Assembly (NCBI GenBank): GCA_951406725.2
Contig: OX597818.1
Coordinates: forward strand, 53,134,001 to 53,198,000
From: Octopus vulgaris
Taxonomy: Eukaryota
DNA length: 64,000 bases
Reading direction: 5' to 3'
In this document: in pieces, positions 16,411-28,059 of the stretch
Position numbering within the stretch: position 1 is the first letter of the stretch
Layout of the letters: the number at the start of each line of letters is the position of its first letter
Translations under genes and position numbers: made by a program
Notes under the pieces: model-generated
Told to the model about the DNA's origin: nothing
What the model saw: the letters and a program-made list of their open reading frames with translations, nothing else
The model's database searches: none

Positions 16411-16894
16411 GTAAATATTATTAACTTTCTTTTCCCCCTCTCTATCTCTCTCTCTCTCTTCTCTCTCTCAACCCCCCTCTCTCTCTCTCTCTTCAATTTT
16501 CTTTGTTTTCAGTCACTGGTCTGCAAAATACCGGGGCTGCTTCTTGAAGGGTTTAAATCGAAAAAAAATCGACCCTAGTACATAATTTTTCTTCAGCCAG
16601 GGACAGCTAAGTTGCGGGGACGTAAACAACCCAACACTGACTGTCAAGTGAGGGAGGGCGAACAAACACACACACACATATATATATATATAAATGCTTA
16701 GGGGTATTTCGCCCGTCGCTGCGTTCTTAGTTCAAATCACGCCGAGGTCGACTTCGTCTTTCATCCTTTCTGGGTGGATAAATTGTGAACTAGTGAACCA
16801 GTGCCACCAAATTTCAGGCCCTGTGCCTATAGTAGAAAGTATTATATTTCTATAATTAAATATCATTAAGGACTGTATTCAGAAATTAAAATCG

Positions 16895-17205
16895 TGGCAT
16901 CCCGTCGGTAACAACGACGAGGGTTCCAGTTAATCCGATCAACTGAATAGCCCGCTCGTGAAATTAAAGTGCAAGTGGCTGAGCACTACACAGACACGTG
17001 TACCCTTAACGTAGTGTGACAAGGCCGGCCCTTTGAAAAACAGGTACAACAGAAACAGGAAGAAAGTGTGAGAGAAAGTTGTGGTGAAAGAATACAGCAG
17101 CGTTCGCCACCACCCCCTGCCGGAGCATCGTGGAGCTTTAGGCGTTTTCGCTCAATAAACACTCACAACGCTCGGTCTGGGAATCGAAACCGCGATCCTC
17201 CGATC
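16895..17205 (-). mobile_element. SINE family A, 5'-truncated
   Basis: Reverse complement of the 121-509 body and tail. Confidence 0.8.
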
Positions 17206-18178
17206 CTTCCGGGTTCAGTCCCACTGCGTGGCACCTTGGGCAAGTGTCTTCTACTATAGCCTCGGGCCAACCAAAGACTTGTGAGTGGATTTGGAAGACG
17301 GAAACTGAAAGAAGCCCGTCGTATATAGATATATGTATGTATATATGCATATGTTTTATTTATTTATTAATTTATTATATGACGGAACGCACGCATCCAT
17401 TTCTAAGTAAGATTGTTCTTGATATTAATAATGATGCGCACTCTTAACCTTTCTCTCCCACTCCCGTTCTCAGCCTTCATTCTTTTGGCTTTCCTTTTCG
17501 TCTACCTTACTGTCTCTCCCTCTCTCTCTCATTCTTCATTCTCTTTCTCTACAACCATTCCCTTTTTTCTCTCCCTTTCTCTTACTCCTCCTCCTCCCTC
17601 CTGTCGTTGAGCCGCGACGAGAACTCTGCTACTGTCTTTCTGCCCAGGCTCCCTTCAAATAGAGATGGTACTTTCTGTTGCTCCTTCGCCATTCTCAAAA
17701 AATAGCGTTCGTAAAAAAATTTATCTTGTTCGGTTTAACAGCCCTTCTTGTTTGTGTTACTGTTATTCTCCGTGTCCTGTCTTTTACTGTTTATATTTTA
17801 TACTGTCGTTACTGTCCTGTATTTGTTACCATTTTTACCCCTCCGCAAAAAAATCTCAAATTTTATTTAATTTGATTTTTGCGAGAAGGATTGTTTCATT
17901 AAAGTCATGTATCGCCTTGACCTTCAAAACGTGGAGTAGATGAAACAAAGGCGACTGAAGAAGGGGAATTTTCCTTGTTTTGTATGTCCTGTACTCTATT
18001 TTTTCGTTGTTTAAGAAGAATGTCCATTTCCTTGGTTTTGTGTTTATGTTTTCGTTTCTCATTATGTTCGACATTTTTTTGGTGTCCTGTACCCATATAT
18101 GCATGTATATATACATGTAGAGGTAGGTATGTACATATATGTATGTAAATATGCATATGTTTTATTTATTTATTAATT

Positions 18179-18217
<39 letters not shown>

Positions 18218-18614
18218 CTGTGTTTGTCCTCCCAACATAGCTTGGCAACCGATGCTGGCGTGTTTACGTTCCCGTAACTTAGCGGTTCGGCAAAAGAGAC
18301 CGATAGAATAAGTACTAGGCTTCCAAAGAATAAGTCCTGGGGCCAATTTGCTCGACTAAAGGCGGTGTTCCAGCATGGCCACAGCCAAACAAGTAAAAGA
18401 GTAAAAGAATATATTAGCCAGAAAAAATCCGCGATGTTCCGATTGCGCGATAGGTGAACCGTGATGTACTGAGTGCGCGATAGTTGAATCGCGATATGGC
18501 GTGTGATTACTGTAACATTGGAAAGGGTTTGTTTTGTTTTTTAATGCGGGGAAAAAAGCGAACGAATATATCTGACAACCTAATATAAATTGATTTATTT
18601 TCTTCTATTCGCAG

Positions 18615-18807
18615 CTTTAGCAGCCTTGTGTTTTGGTTTTCGACTCGGTGCTCTCCAAGAAAGAAGAACAGAAACAGACAGATTCCTCAGAGCTGTTAAT
18701 TCTATGATGCATATTCTCCAAGAGGAACAAAAAAATTTACCTTGGTATAAATTAATTAACACACCTACAATGAAGTTATTCAGTGAATCGATATCTTCTA
18801 TACGCTA
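18615..18807 (+). CDS. Cytochrome P450 exon 4
   Basis: Acceptor TCTTCTATTCGCAG. Translates SLAALCFGFRLGALQ...LPWYKLINTPTMKLFSESISSIR. Donor GTAAGT at 18808, phase 2. Confidence 0.92.
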
Positions 18808-18863
18808 GTAAGTGGGGGTTTTTTTCATGTTGTCATCGTCATCATCATCATCACCATCATCAC

Positions 18864-18951
<88 letters not shown>

Positions 18952-19644
18952 GGTATTTCGCCCGTCGTTGCGTTCTGAGTTCAAATTCCGCCGAGGTCGA
19001 CTTTGCTTTTCATCCTTTGGGGGTCCACAAAATAAGTACCAGTGAAACATTGGGGTCGATGTGATAGACTTATCCCCCTCCTCCGAGATGGCTGTCCTGG
19101 TGGCAATATTTGAAACCATTATTAACTAGCGGAAAAGCGGCGAGCTGGCAGAAACGTTAGCACGCCGGGCGAAATGCGGAGCCGTATTTCGTCTGCCGTT
19201 ACGTTCTGGGTTCGAATTCCGCCAAGGTCGACTTTGCCTTTCTTTCTTTCGGGGTCGATAAATTACGTATGTTCAGTCTCACCACATGACACCTTAGGCA
19301 AGTGTCTTCTACTATAAACCTCGGGCCGACTAAAGACTTGTGAGTGGATTAGGTAGACGGAAACTGAAAGAAGCCCATCATATATGTGTGTGTGTGTGAG
19401 AGAGAGAGAGAGTGTGCGTGTGTGTGTGTGTCTTTTTGTTAGTGTTTGTCCCTCCATCATCGCTTGAAAACCGATATTGGTGTGTTTACGTTCCCGTAAC
19501 TTCAGCAAAACAGACCGACAGAATAAGTTCTAGGCTTATTAGGAGTAAGTACTGAGGTCGATTTCTTCGACTAAAACACCTTAAGGCGGTGTTCCAGCAT
19601 GGCCGCAGTCAAATGACTGAAACAAGTAAAAGAATAAAAGAAAT

Positions 19645-20675
19645 AGCGGGATTTGATCCTTAGAACCCTTGAGTACGCTTCAGCAGGCACGAATTCATTC
19701 GATATTACTACTGCAAAACGCAAAAGCGGTTGGCTCCATGGGTTTGTGTTTACGACTTAAAATATGAAAATATGAATGAAAAAATGTTTCTGTCAATTAG
19801 CAAAGCCGTAAACACAAAACCACGTGGTTGCCCGCTTTTGTATTTTCCACGAATAGGATCTTTTCGGTTTGACCGGCAGTTTTTAACATAATTTCTAGGT
19901 AACTAAAAAATTTTAAACTTCGTATACTGGTAGAATGTGTTTATAAAACATCTTTTTCTCTTGGCTTTATTGAGAAAATTCTGTAGTTTGTAAGATATTT
20001 GTTGTTTTTTTTCTTCAATTTCTGCAATTTCAACCAATCAATGACGTGTATTGAGGTAAAAAAACATTATGTGCCGAATGAATATGTCCCTCGTTTAAGA
20101 AACAGATTGGGTTTATTTACATGTGTGAAGAAAAAAAGATACCCTTCCCCCACCCCTAACCATAACCCTAAAATAGATTGAAATGGAATAGATCGATACT
20201 AGGGTCATAATTATGGGTGACAATTTCATATGACACCGCTAGAAAAAACTGCCGTTCAAACCGAAAAGATCCAATGAATATAGTCAAGCGAAATTGAGCC
20301 CGCTAAAGCGTAATCGAGGGTTCTTAGGATTAAGCTCCGGGCACGAAAAGGGGAAACATTTACAGCAGATATTGTAGCTGACTCCCTAAAGTTTTCATTG
20401 GCAAAGTTCGGCTCGCGGGACCTTCTAAATGATACGCCTGACGAAAAATCGACCGTATTTCGTTTTTGTAGTGTGGATCCCCATATTGATGAGATATATC
20501 TCATACAGACCCTTTGCCGAAAAGGGTTGTCCCTGCCTGCTCCTAAAGATTTCCATCTTGCCACTATAGAATCAAAAGCATATTCTTGTGTCTGGAGAGG
20601 ATCGATATTGTTAATCAATTGGTGAAATATCCAACCAAATAACCGGGCGATCGTTCGTTTACTGCGCCAGTTAAA
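19645..20675. mobile_element. Old fold-back (palindromic) DNA element interrupted by a MITE
   Basis: 19645-19705 is an imperfect inverted repeat of 20280-20345, and 19715-19758 of 19802-19846. The right end finishes ...GCGCCAG-TTAA. Confidence 0.5.
19856..20272. mobile_element. MITE (~420 bp) with ~28-bp TIRs and internal CCCTAA-like repeats
   Basis: TIR GGATCTTTTCGGTTTGACCGGCAGTTTT / AAAACTGCCGTTCAAACCGAAAAGATCC. CCCTAACCATAACCCTAA inside. Confidence 0.88.
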
Positions 20676-20689
20676 TGAATAATCGATCG

Positions 20690-21115
20690 GTTTCTTTTTC
20701 TTCTTCCTTCTTCTTCTTGTTCTTCATCCTTCTTCTTGTTCTTCATCCTTCTTCTTTTTCTTCTTCCTTCTCCTTTTTCTTCTTCGTTCTTTCTTCTTTA
20801 TATCCTCGTTTTCTTCTTTATATTTTCTCCTTCTTCTTCTTCTCATCTTCATCATCATCCTTGTTGTTGTTGTTGTTGTTTTTCTTCTTCTTCTTCTTCT
20901 TTTTCTTCTCCTTCTTCTTCTTCTTCTTCTTCTTCTTTATATCTTCTTCTTCTTCTTCTCATCTTCATCATCATCTTCTTTTTCTTCTCCTTCTTCTTCT
21001 TCTTCTTCTTTATATCTTCTTCTTCTTCTTCTTCTCATCTTCATCATCATCCTTGTTGTTGTTGTTGTTGTTTTTCTTCTTCTCCTTCTTCTTTATATCT
21101 TCTTCTTCTTCTTCA
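20690..21115. repeat. (CTT)n-rich polypyrimidine compound microsatellite with internal duplication
   Basis: Visible directly, ending about 60 bp upstream of the exon 5 acceptor. Confidence 0.95.
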
Positions 21116-21173
21116 AGATCTGCCTTGAGTCTGTTTATTTTCGCTTATTTCACTTTATCCTTCTTTATTTCAG

Positions 21174-21321
21174 TATATCAAAAGTCTATTCAAGAGCATC
21201 AGTTATCCTTCAAAATTCCTTAACAGTACATGATGCTCCTATCCTTCGACCTTTCCTGCCTCTAGATGACGAAGAATTTACTGTTTTTGTCAGCGACATG
21301 CTCTTCGCAAGTGTAGACACG
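21174..21321 (+). CDS. Cytochrome P450 exon 5 (I-helix first half)
   Basis: Acceptor TTCTTTATTTCAG. Translates YISKVYSRASVILQ...DDEEFTVFVSDMLFASVDT. Donor GTAAGC at 21322, phase 0. Absent from the ORF track. Confidence 0.9.
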
Positions 21322-21439
21322 GTAAGCATTGTACTTCCTGTTTTCTTTTTTCTTATTATTTATACTAATTAATTATACCTTTCATTAAACAACGTATGAC
21401 GTAATGTATTATGCATATGTAATCCTAGTTCTTGGTCCA

Positions 21440-21960
21440 CAACTGTTAAATGAAGGAAGAGTGGGCTTTAAATGGAAATTACTGAAGACATGCTGTACTG
21501 TGCAAGCCACGGCTCAGATTTCATAACGACCAATATAAATGGTGATGAGACGTGGGCTTATGCTCTTTGCTCAATGAATTCGGTGATCTTGCATGAAAAC
21601 GGAAATCTTACTTCTTTATTGCCCACAAGGGGCTAAACACAGAGAGGGCAAACAAGGACAGACAAACAGATTAAGTCGATTACATTGACCCCAGTGCGTT
21701 ACTGGTACTTATTTAATCGACCCCAAAAAGATGAAAGGCAAAGTCGACCTCGGTGGAATTTGAACTCAGAACGTAACGGCAGACGAAATATCGCTAAGTA
21801 TTTCGCCCGACATGCTAACGTTTCTGCCAGCTCGCCGCATGAAGACAGAAATCTTACGGACGTGCACTACACGTCCGGACTGTAGGCGTAATAGCCTGAA
21901 CTGACGTGTCACTTCCACCCAAAGTATTTTGCCCACAAAGCCGGATACTTTTTAACACAT
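21440..21960 (+). pseudogene. Mariner transposase remnant (interrupted by SINE-B)
   Basis: ATAAATGGTGATGAGACGTGGGCTTAT translates INGDETWAY, matching the mariner TGDE(T/K)W catalytic motif. Heavily deleted. Confidence 0.5.
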
Positions 21961-21963
21961 CTT

Positions 21964-22015
<52 letters not shown>

Positions 22016-22319
22016 CTGAAAAAAATTGGAGTCAACAAGAAGGAGTACGGCTGAACATTTATTTTTTAATCACTACAATTGTTTCCACGCAATGTAGTTC
22101 TTTGGTCTTGCAGGTACTTGGTTATGCAACCGTTTCCTTGCATTATCAGATCTAATTTTCTTTCCTCAGGCAATATGTGAATATTGTCTCCGTAAGTTCA
22201 AATTTTCGGCTTTAAGAACATCCTCTCTGTCTGTCGTGACCTGCTAATCAACTACTAATCAACCAGAACATCACAAAAACAAAAACAAAAGTCACCAAAT
22301 ATCTACAGAAATAATAATA

Positions 22320-22465
22320 ATGCAAATCATTGCAGTTGTCGCAAGAAATCTACATGTCCGCCCAGGAACCAATGCATGCATAAAACATCATATACAAATG
22401 CACAATCATCATACCACAACATAAATACACATACATAAGAACCTCCGAAAACCAATTTACATCCG
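22320..22465 (+). pseudogene. Penelope-like GIY-YIG endonuclease remnant
   Basis: Frameshifted translation CSCRKKSTCP..NQCMH./NIIYKCTI.....YTYIRTSENQF resembles the Penelope CxC...CP...C linker plus the IIY...YIG motif. Confidence 0.55.
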
Positions 22466-23099
22466 TTATCGCAACCATATCTCCTCATTTCGAAAGATAA
22501 GCCGGCGACATGCAACATCACTAGCGGACGTAATATGGAGATTAAAAGAAGGGAAAATAAAATATGAAATAGAACGGTTGATAAAAAAAAATGCACACCC
22601 ATATGATATACTGCCCGGCGTAAGTGATCCCTGCCTTGACACCGCTCCAAATTTGCATTTTACAGAGACAACACAGTTGAATAATAATAATAACTCAATG
22701 AACTCTCTCCCTTTCCCTCATATCTACGTGTGCGTGTGTTGTATTTTTCTATATATACGTATGCGTGCCTGTCCACGTGTATAGTATGCATATATCTACA
22801 TATATGTATATATACATGTATGCACACACGCTCATCTGTGTATGTATACGCGTGCGTGTGTATAGACGTACATATATTTGTATGTGTGTATATATGTGAG
22901 TGCGCATACATATCCGTATATGTGCGCGTGTATATATATATATGTGTGTGTGTGTGTATTTGTGTGTGTGTGTGAGCTTTATTACGTATATGGATGTATA
23001 TGTGGACGACCATGTATGTGTACGTATAGGCCGATTCTTAAAGTTCAGCTAAGAACAATCGTTTGTGTAATCAACCATGAAGAACTAATCACCAATAGA

Positions 23100-23500
23100 A
23101 AGAAACCAAATGCCAGTCACTTTAAAACGGCAACCACTTTAACAGTAGCAGAATCACCATCTTTGGACTCCAGATTTGCCATCAAGATGTAGGACAAGAT
23201 ACTGCGATAGCCTGGGCTTCAGAGGTCCACAGCTCTTCAATATCCTCCCGAAGGACCTGAGAGACTTGCATGGGGTGGATGCGGATGTCATTAAAATAAA
23301 GCTGGACCCCTTCCTGTCAGGTGTCCCAGATGAACCAATTTTACGGCAGAGTGTGCAGATGAGAGCAGCTGCATCAAACTCTCTCATGCACCAAATGTCA
23401 ATTGCTAAAAAGCATTCGTGAAGTAAAATCATTTAGCAACACCGAATGGCGGTGCCCCAGCATGGCCACAGCTCGTGAGCTGAAACTAGATGAAAATGAA
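23100..23500 (+). mobile_element. CR1-clade LINE 3' fragment
   Basis: Translates SRCRTRYCDSLGFRGPQLFNILPKDLRDL...KIKLDPFLSGVPDEP, homologous to the C-terminus of the 62723-63571 ORF. Tail GGCGGTGCCCCAGCATGGCCACAGCTCGTGAGCTGAAACTAGA. Confidence 0.82.
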
Positions 23501-23932
23501 AAAGAAAATCTCACTACATCTACACATTCAAAGCAGCTTTCCAAGGTCCTTCAACAACAACAAACCTTGATAAACTCAGCGACTACGACTGGATGTCCTT
23601 GAAGTCGAGAATTTGAACTTACGGAGACAATATTTACATATTGCGAGAGGAAACACAATTGGATCTAATAATGAGGGAAACGGTTGAATGATCAAGTACC
23701 AGTACCCTTGGAGAAATACGTTGCGTGGACACAATTGTATATATATCGTCAGTAGTTCATATATCCGAAAAAGAAGCATCAGAGCAGTAATATAGCTTAT
23801 AAGTTAAAAGTTATGGCATGTACTGCTAAACATTTTATAGAAACAAACTTCATAACACGCAACCACGCCTGCACCTATAGATGTATATATGTGCGCGCGT
23901 GTGTGTATGTATATATTGTTTGAAGTGTTTAA

Positions 23933-24024
<92 letters not shown>

Positions 24025-24119
24025 ATCAGGTAGTGCTATTAAGTTAGACATTAAGTTGTATGTGTGTATATATGTGAGTGCGCATACATATCCGTATATC
24101 TGAACCAATCTTTGGTCGA

Positions 24120-24179
<60 letters not shown>

Positions 24180-24198
24180 TATATACATATATATATAC

Positions 24199-24243
<45 letters not shown>

Positions 24244-24318
24244 TATATACATATATATATACATATATATACATATATATACATATACATATATATATAC
24301 ATACATATCTAGCTAGCG

Positions 24319-24376
<58 letters not shown>

Positions 24377-25348
24377 ATGTATATGTATATATGTATGTAT
24401 GTATGTAAGTATGTATGTATGTATGTATGTATGTATGTACACACACACTTTGCGCATCGGTATTCTGATAGTCTTGTTTACCTGGCTTATTTGAGAGCTA
24501 AATATGCGATCACGATGTTTATTTGGTGCCGAGGCGTGGTTAAGTTATCTGAGATTCTCTATCTTAACATGCCGAGCGATGTGGCTGTTGTTAATTAATC
24601 TGCATGGTGTTAACAATTTTTTATTTTTATTTTATTTTATGCTATATTTTATATTGAATACAAACGTTTGCCAGAACCTTTACTATATTTCATTGTGCGT
24701 TTTACTTCGTTCATAATTCGTTTCATCTCTATTTTCGTTGAGTATTATATTAGTGTATCACGTTTGAGGTTCTCGCCCTTTTATAGCGAGATTGTTATTT
24801 CAAACGTATAGATTTCTTTTGTATTTCTTATGCTGACGTGTTGAACACATTCTTAATTATTTCATTGTATTGTACGTATTTCTGTGTCTATGTTGGTGGT
24901 TGTAATGTTATTGATTTCAGAAAACTTTGATTCTGTTTCATGATGGAACTCGTCCCATTGCGATTTTTTTGAAGTGAATAAACGTATTTTCCCTTTCTTC
25001 GTTGATCTGTGAATGCGCTGAGATAATTGGTAGGTGCCCTAAGGAGATGTGGTTTGTGTTTGTGTGTGAAGCAGAGTGGTGTCTAGGAAAGAGTTGTTGT
25101 TTTTGGCTTTGTAAGATATATGTGTTGGTATTAGTTGTTTGTGTTATGAAGGGAATTTAGCTGTATTACTACAAAGTTACATCTTGTGTACTTTTACATT
25201 TTGTACTTTTACAAAACCAGGACGTGTTAAGTGAATTCGAGTTTCTCTGAGCGCAGTTTGGCAACGTGTTCAAGTTTTGCAGTTGAGGTATATAATCTAG
25301 TGAGACTGATACTGAGATTAGTTTTAGTATATATAGACACGCGCACAC

Positions 25349-25420
<72 letters not shown>

Positions 25421-25444
25421 GATGGATAGATAGATAAATAGATA

Positions 25445-26092
25445 GGTTTCTTTATTAGCCACACAGGGCTGCACACAGATAGAACAAATTACAAGGTAGA
25501 GCTTTTCTTTTGAAGGTTTAAAAAAAAAAAAGAAAAAAAGGCAGGGGGAGTTTCGATCAAAAGGGATCGTAAAAGGAGAGAAAGAGGACAAAAAAAGGGG
25601 GTTAAAAAAAAAGGGGGAGAGGAAAAAAAAATTGATCAATAGGGATCGTTATCACAGAAATGTCAATACGAAGTGTAAAGGGGAGGACAGGTGAGGTTTA
25701 CCCGTGGAAAGAAAAGCCTACGGAAAAGACCACGGTAACCTCGGTCAATGGAGTCACATGTTATATTTCATTTTTTTTTTTTTTTTTGCGAATAAGCAAC
25801 TCTCTGTTTTCAATTTCTGGATTCATAGGATCATGCTCAAGGTGGCTTCGTCATTCATACGTGCCATTCTTGCTACATTCACCCATCTTTTTAAAACATT
25901 CTCTAGACAAAACTTGCCTCTCTACTCTCACTTTCCTTTTCAAGTGGTACTTGAAGAAGTTGATGAGAGATTGACTAGAGAGGAAAGTGTTTGTCTCCAA
26001 TCCTTTCAGACGCGTCCACCAGATACATTCTTTCGCCATAGCCACAAGGATGATGAAAATAGCTCTTCCTTCCCGTTTGAAGGAAGGAGGCG
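25445..26092 (-). mobile_element. Tx1/L1-clade LINE 3' fragment inserted in (GATA)n
   Basis: Minus-strand translation AIFIILVAMAKECIWWTRLKG...LKRKVRVERQVLSRECFKK resembles Tx1 ORF2 C-termini (AKxxIWxxR). The 3' UTR ends AATAAAGAAA and runs into (CTAT)n. (GATA)n on both flanks. Second copy at 63870-64000. Confidence 0.65.
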
Positions 26093-26176
<84 letters not shown>

Positions 26177-27324
26177 GGATAGATAGGTAGATAGATAGAT
26201 GGATGGATGGATGGATGGATAGATAGGTAGATAGATGGATGGATGGATGGATAGATAGATAGATAGATAGATAGGTAGACAGACTGAGCGAGAGATAGAT
26301 AGATTGATTGATTGAGCGAGAAATAGATAGATTGATTGATTGAGCGATTGATTGATTGAACGATAGATAGATGATATCGTTCAATGATAAGGATTCTTTT
26401 GTTTGATCGACCAAATAACCTGCTCTTGAATTAACATCTAAGCAGCATTCTACAAATACGTAATTCTGAGACAGAACCAGCGTGTGACGTTTTGAATTAC
26501 CATGGAAAGATAAAAGGCAAATTTGAGCTTTTGCAGGATTTGAACTCTCTGAGCGCAAAGAGCCGAACTATTACCTCAAAGATCTATCTGAATGCTGTAA
26601 CGACTATCAGCGTATAGACTCCCTCGTTAGTTCGATGATTCTTTTGCTATTTATGACGGAAATTGAGGCAAATTACTCTACTACATCTAGCAAGGCGAAC
26701 GATGGCATAAGTAATCATGGGCAAACTGCAAACCACAGAACTTTATGAATTTACCTATTTCTTTACTACCCACAAGGTGCTAAACACAGAGAGGGCAAAC
26801 AGGGACAGACAAACGGATTAAATCGATTATATCGACCCCAGTGCGTAACTGGTACTTATTTAATCGACCCCGAAAGGATGAAAGGCAAAGTCGACCTTGG
26901 TGGAATTTGAACTCAGAACATAAAGACGGACGAAATACGGCTACGGATTTCGCCCGGCGTGCTAACGATTCTGCCAGCTCGCCATTTATGAATTTACCTT
27001 GAATTTTTTTAGTACTGTGGCCTGTCTGATAATGAGGCATGTCCCATGAGGGCCGCTCCTCGAAAAGACATTACCCATGCCCGACATAGCAGTAACTTGA
27101 TTGGCTTGTGGCTGCTGTAATTTGTTAGACTTATGAACAAAAAATTTCTGGGCGTGGCCGTGTGGATAGATGTAGGTGTTGCTGTTTGGTAAGAAGTTAG
27201 CTTCCCAGCCCCATGGTTCTGGGTTCAGTTCCACTGTACGGCATTTTGGGCAAGTATCTTCTACTATAACCACCGGTCGACCAAACCCTTGTGGGTAGAT
27301 TTATTAGACGGAAACTAAAAGAAG

Positions 27325-27419
<95 letters not shown>

Positions 27420-27895
27420 GTGTCTTTATGTCTGTGTCTGTCTTCCATCACTGCTTGACAACAAGTGTTGCTGTATTTATGTTCTCGTAGCTCAGCGGTT
27501 TGGCAAAAAAGACCGACAGAGTAAGTACAAGGCCTTAAAAAAATAAGTACTGGTGTCGATCCCTTCGTCTAAATATTCTTCAAGGCTGTGCCCCAGCATG
27601 GCCGCAGTCTAATGACTGAAACAAGTAAAAGGTATGTATTCATCACGTATCTTTGGACATAATGGGTTTAGAATTTCCTCTTCTAAGATGTCTGTCTTTC
27701 AATGCGGTAGAATATGAAATGAGGGTTGACATTTTGGTGTCCATTTTTGATAGATCAAGTGACTGCTTATATATTTTATGACGGGCTCGCTAGCTTCCTT
27801 TCGTTGAGTCGTTTTTCTTTTTCTTTTTCTCACTTGCGTAGGATTACTCTAAGAATGCTTTGTACTCCTGTTTAATGACATTTTTATTTCACCAG

Positions 27896-28059
27896 ACAGG
27901 CCACAGTCTTGCATTTCTACTCTACCAATTATCGAAGAACCGACACGCTCAAGAGAAACTTTACGCAGAAGTCAAAGACTTCGGTCAGAGTTCAGAGACA
28001 TTATCAGCTGATCTTCGATCAATGTCTTACCTGAGATCTGTGATAAAAGAGACTTTAAG
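27896..28059 (+). CDS. Cytochrome P450 exon 6 (I/J/K helices, ExxR)
   Basis: Acceptor TTTATTTCACCAG. Translates TGHSLAFLLYQLSKNRHAQEKLYAEV...YLRSVIKETL(R). Donor GTGAGT at 28060, phase 2 inside the ExxR Arg codon. Confidence 0.95.

Noticed and set aside
17905-18095. CTGAAGA with an upstream AAAAC/GAAAC, a possible permuted hammerhead in another repeat
   Set aside because: I could not build consistent stems I-III around the cores.
18806-18808. Apparent in-frame TAG ending the P450 exon 4 ORF, suggesting a pseudogene
   Set aside because: The G is the first base of the GTAAGT donor. TA plus T from exon 5 gives TAT (Tyr) after splicing.
20256-20625. Overlapping 120-aa (-) and 75-aa (+) ORFs with ordinary composition, a possible nested gene
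   Set aside because: No recognisable domain or splice context. They lie in a fold-back repeat and the longer ORF ends inside a MITE.
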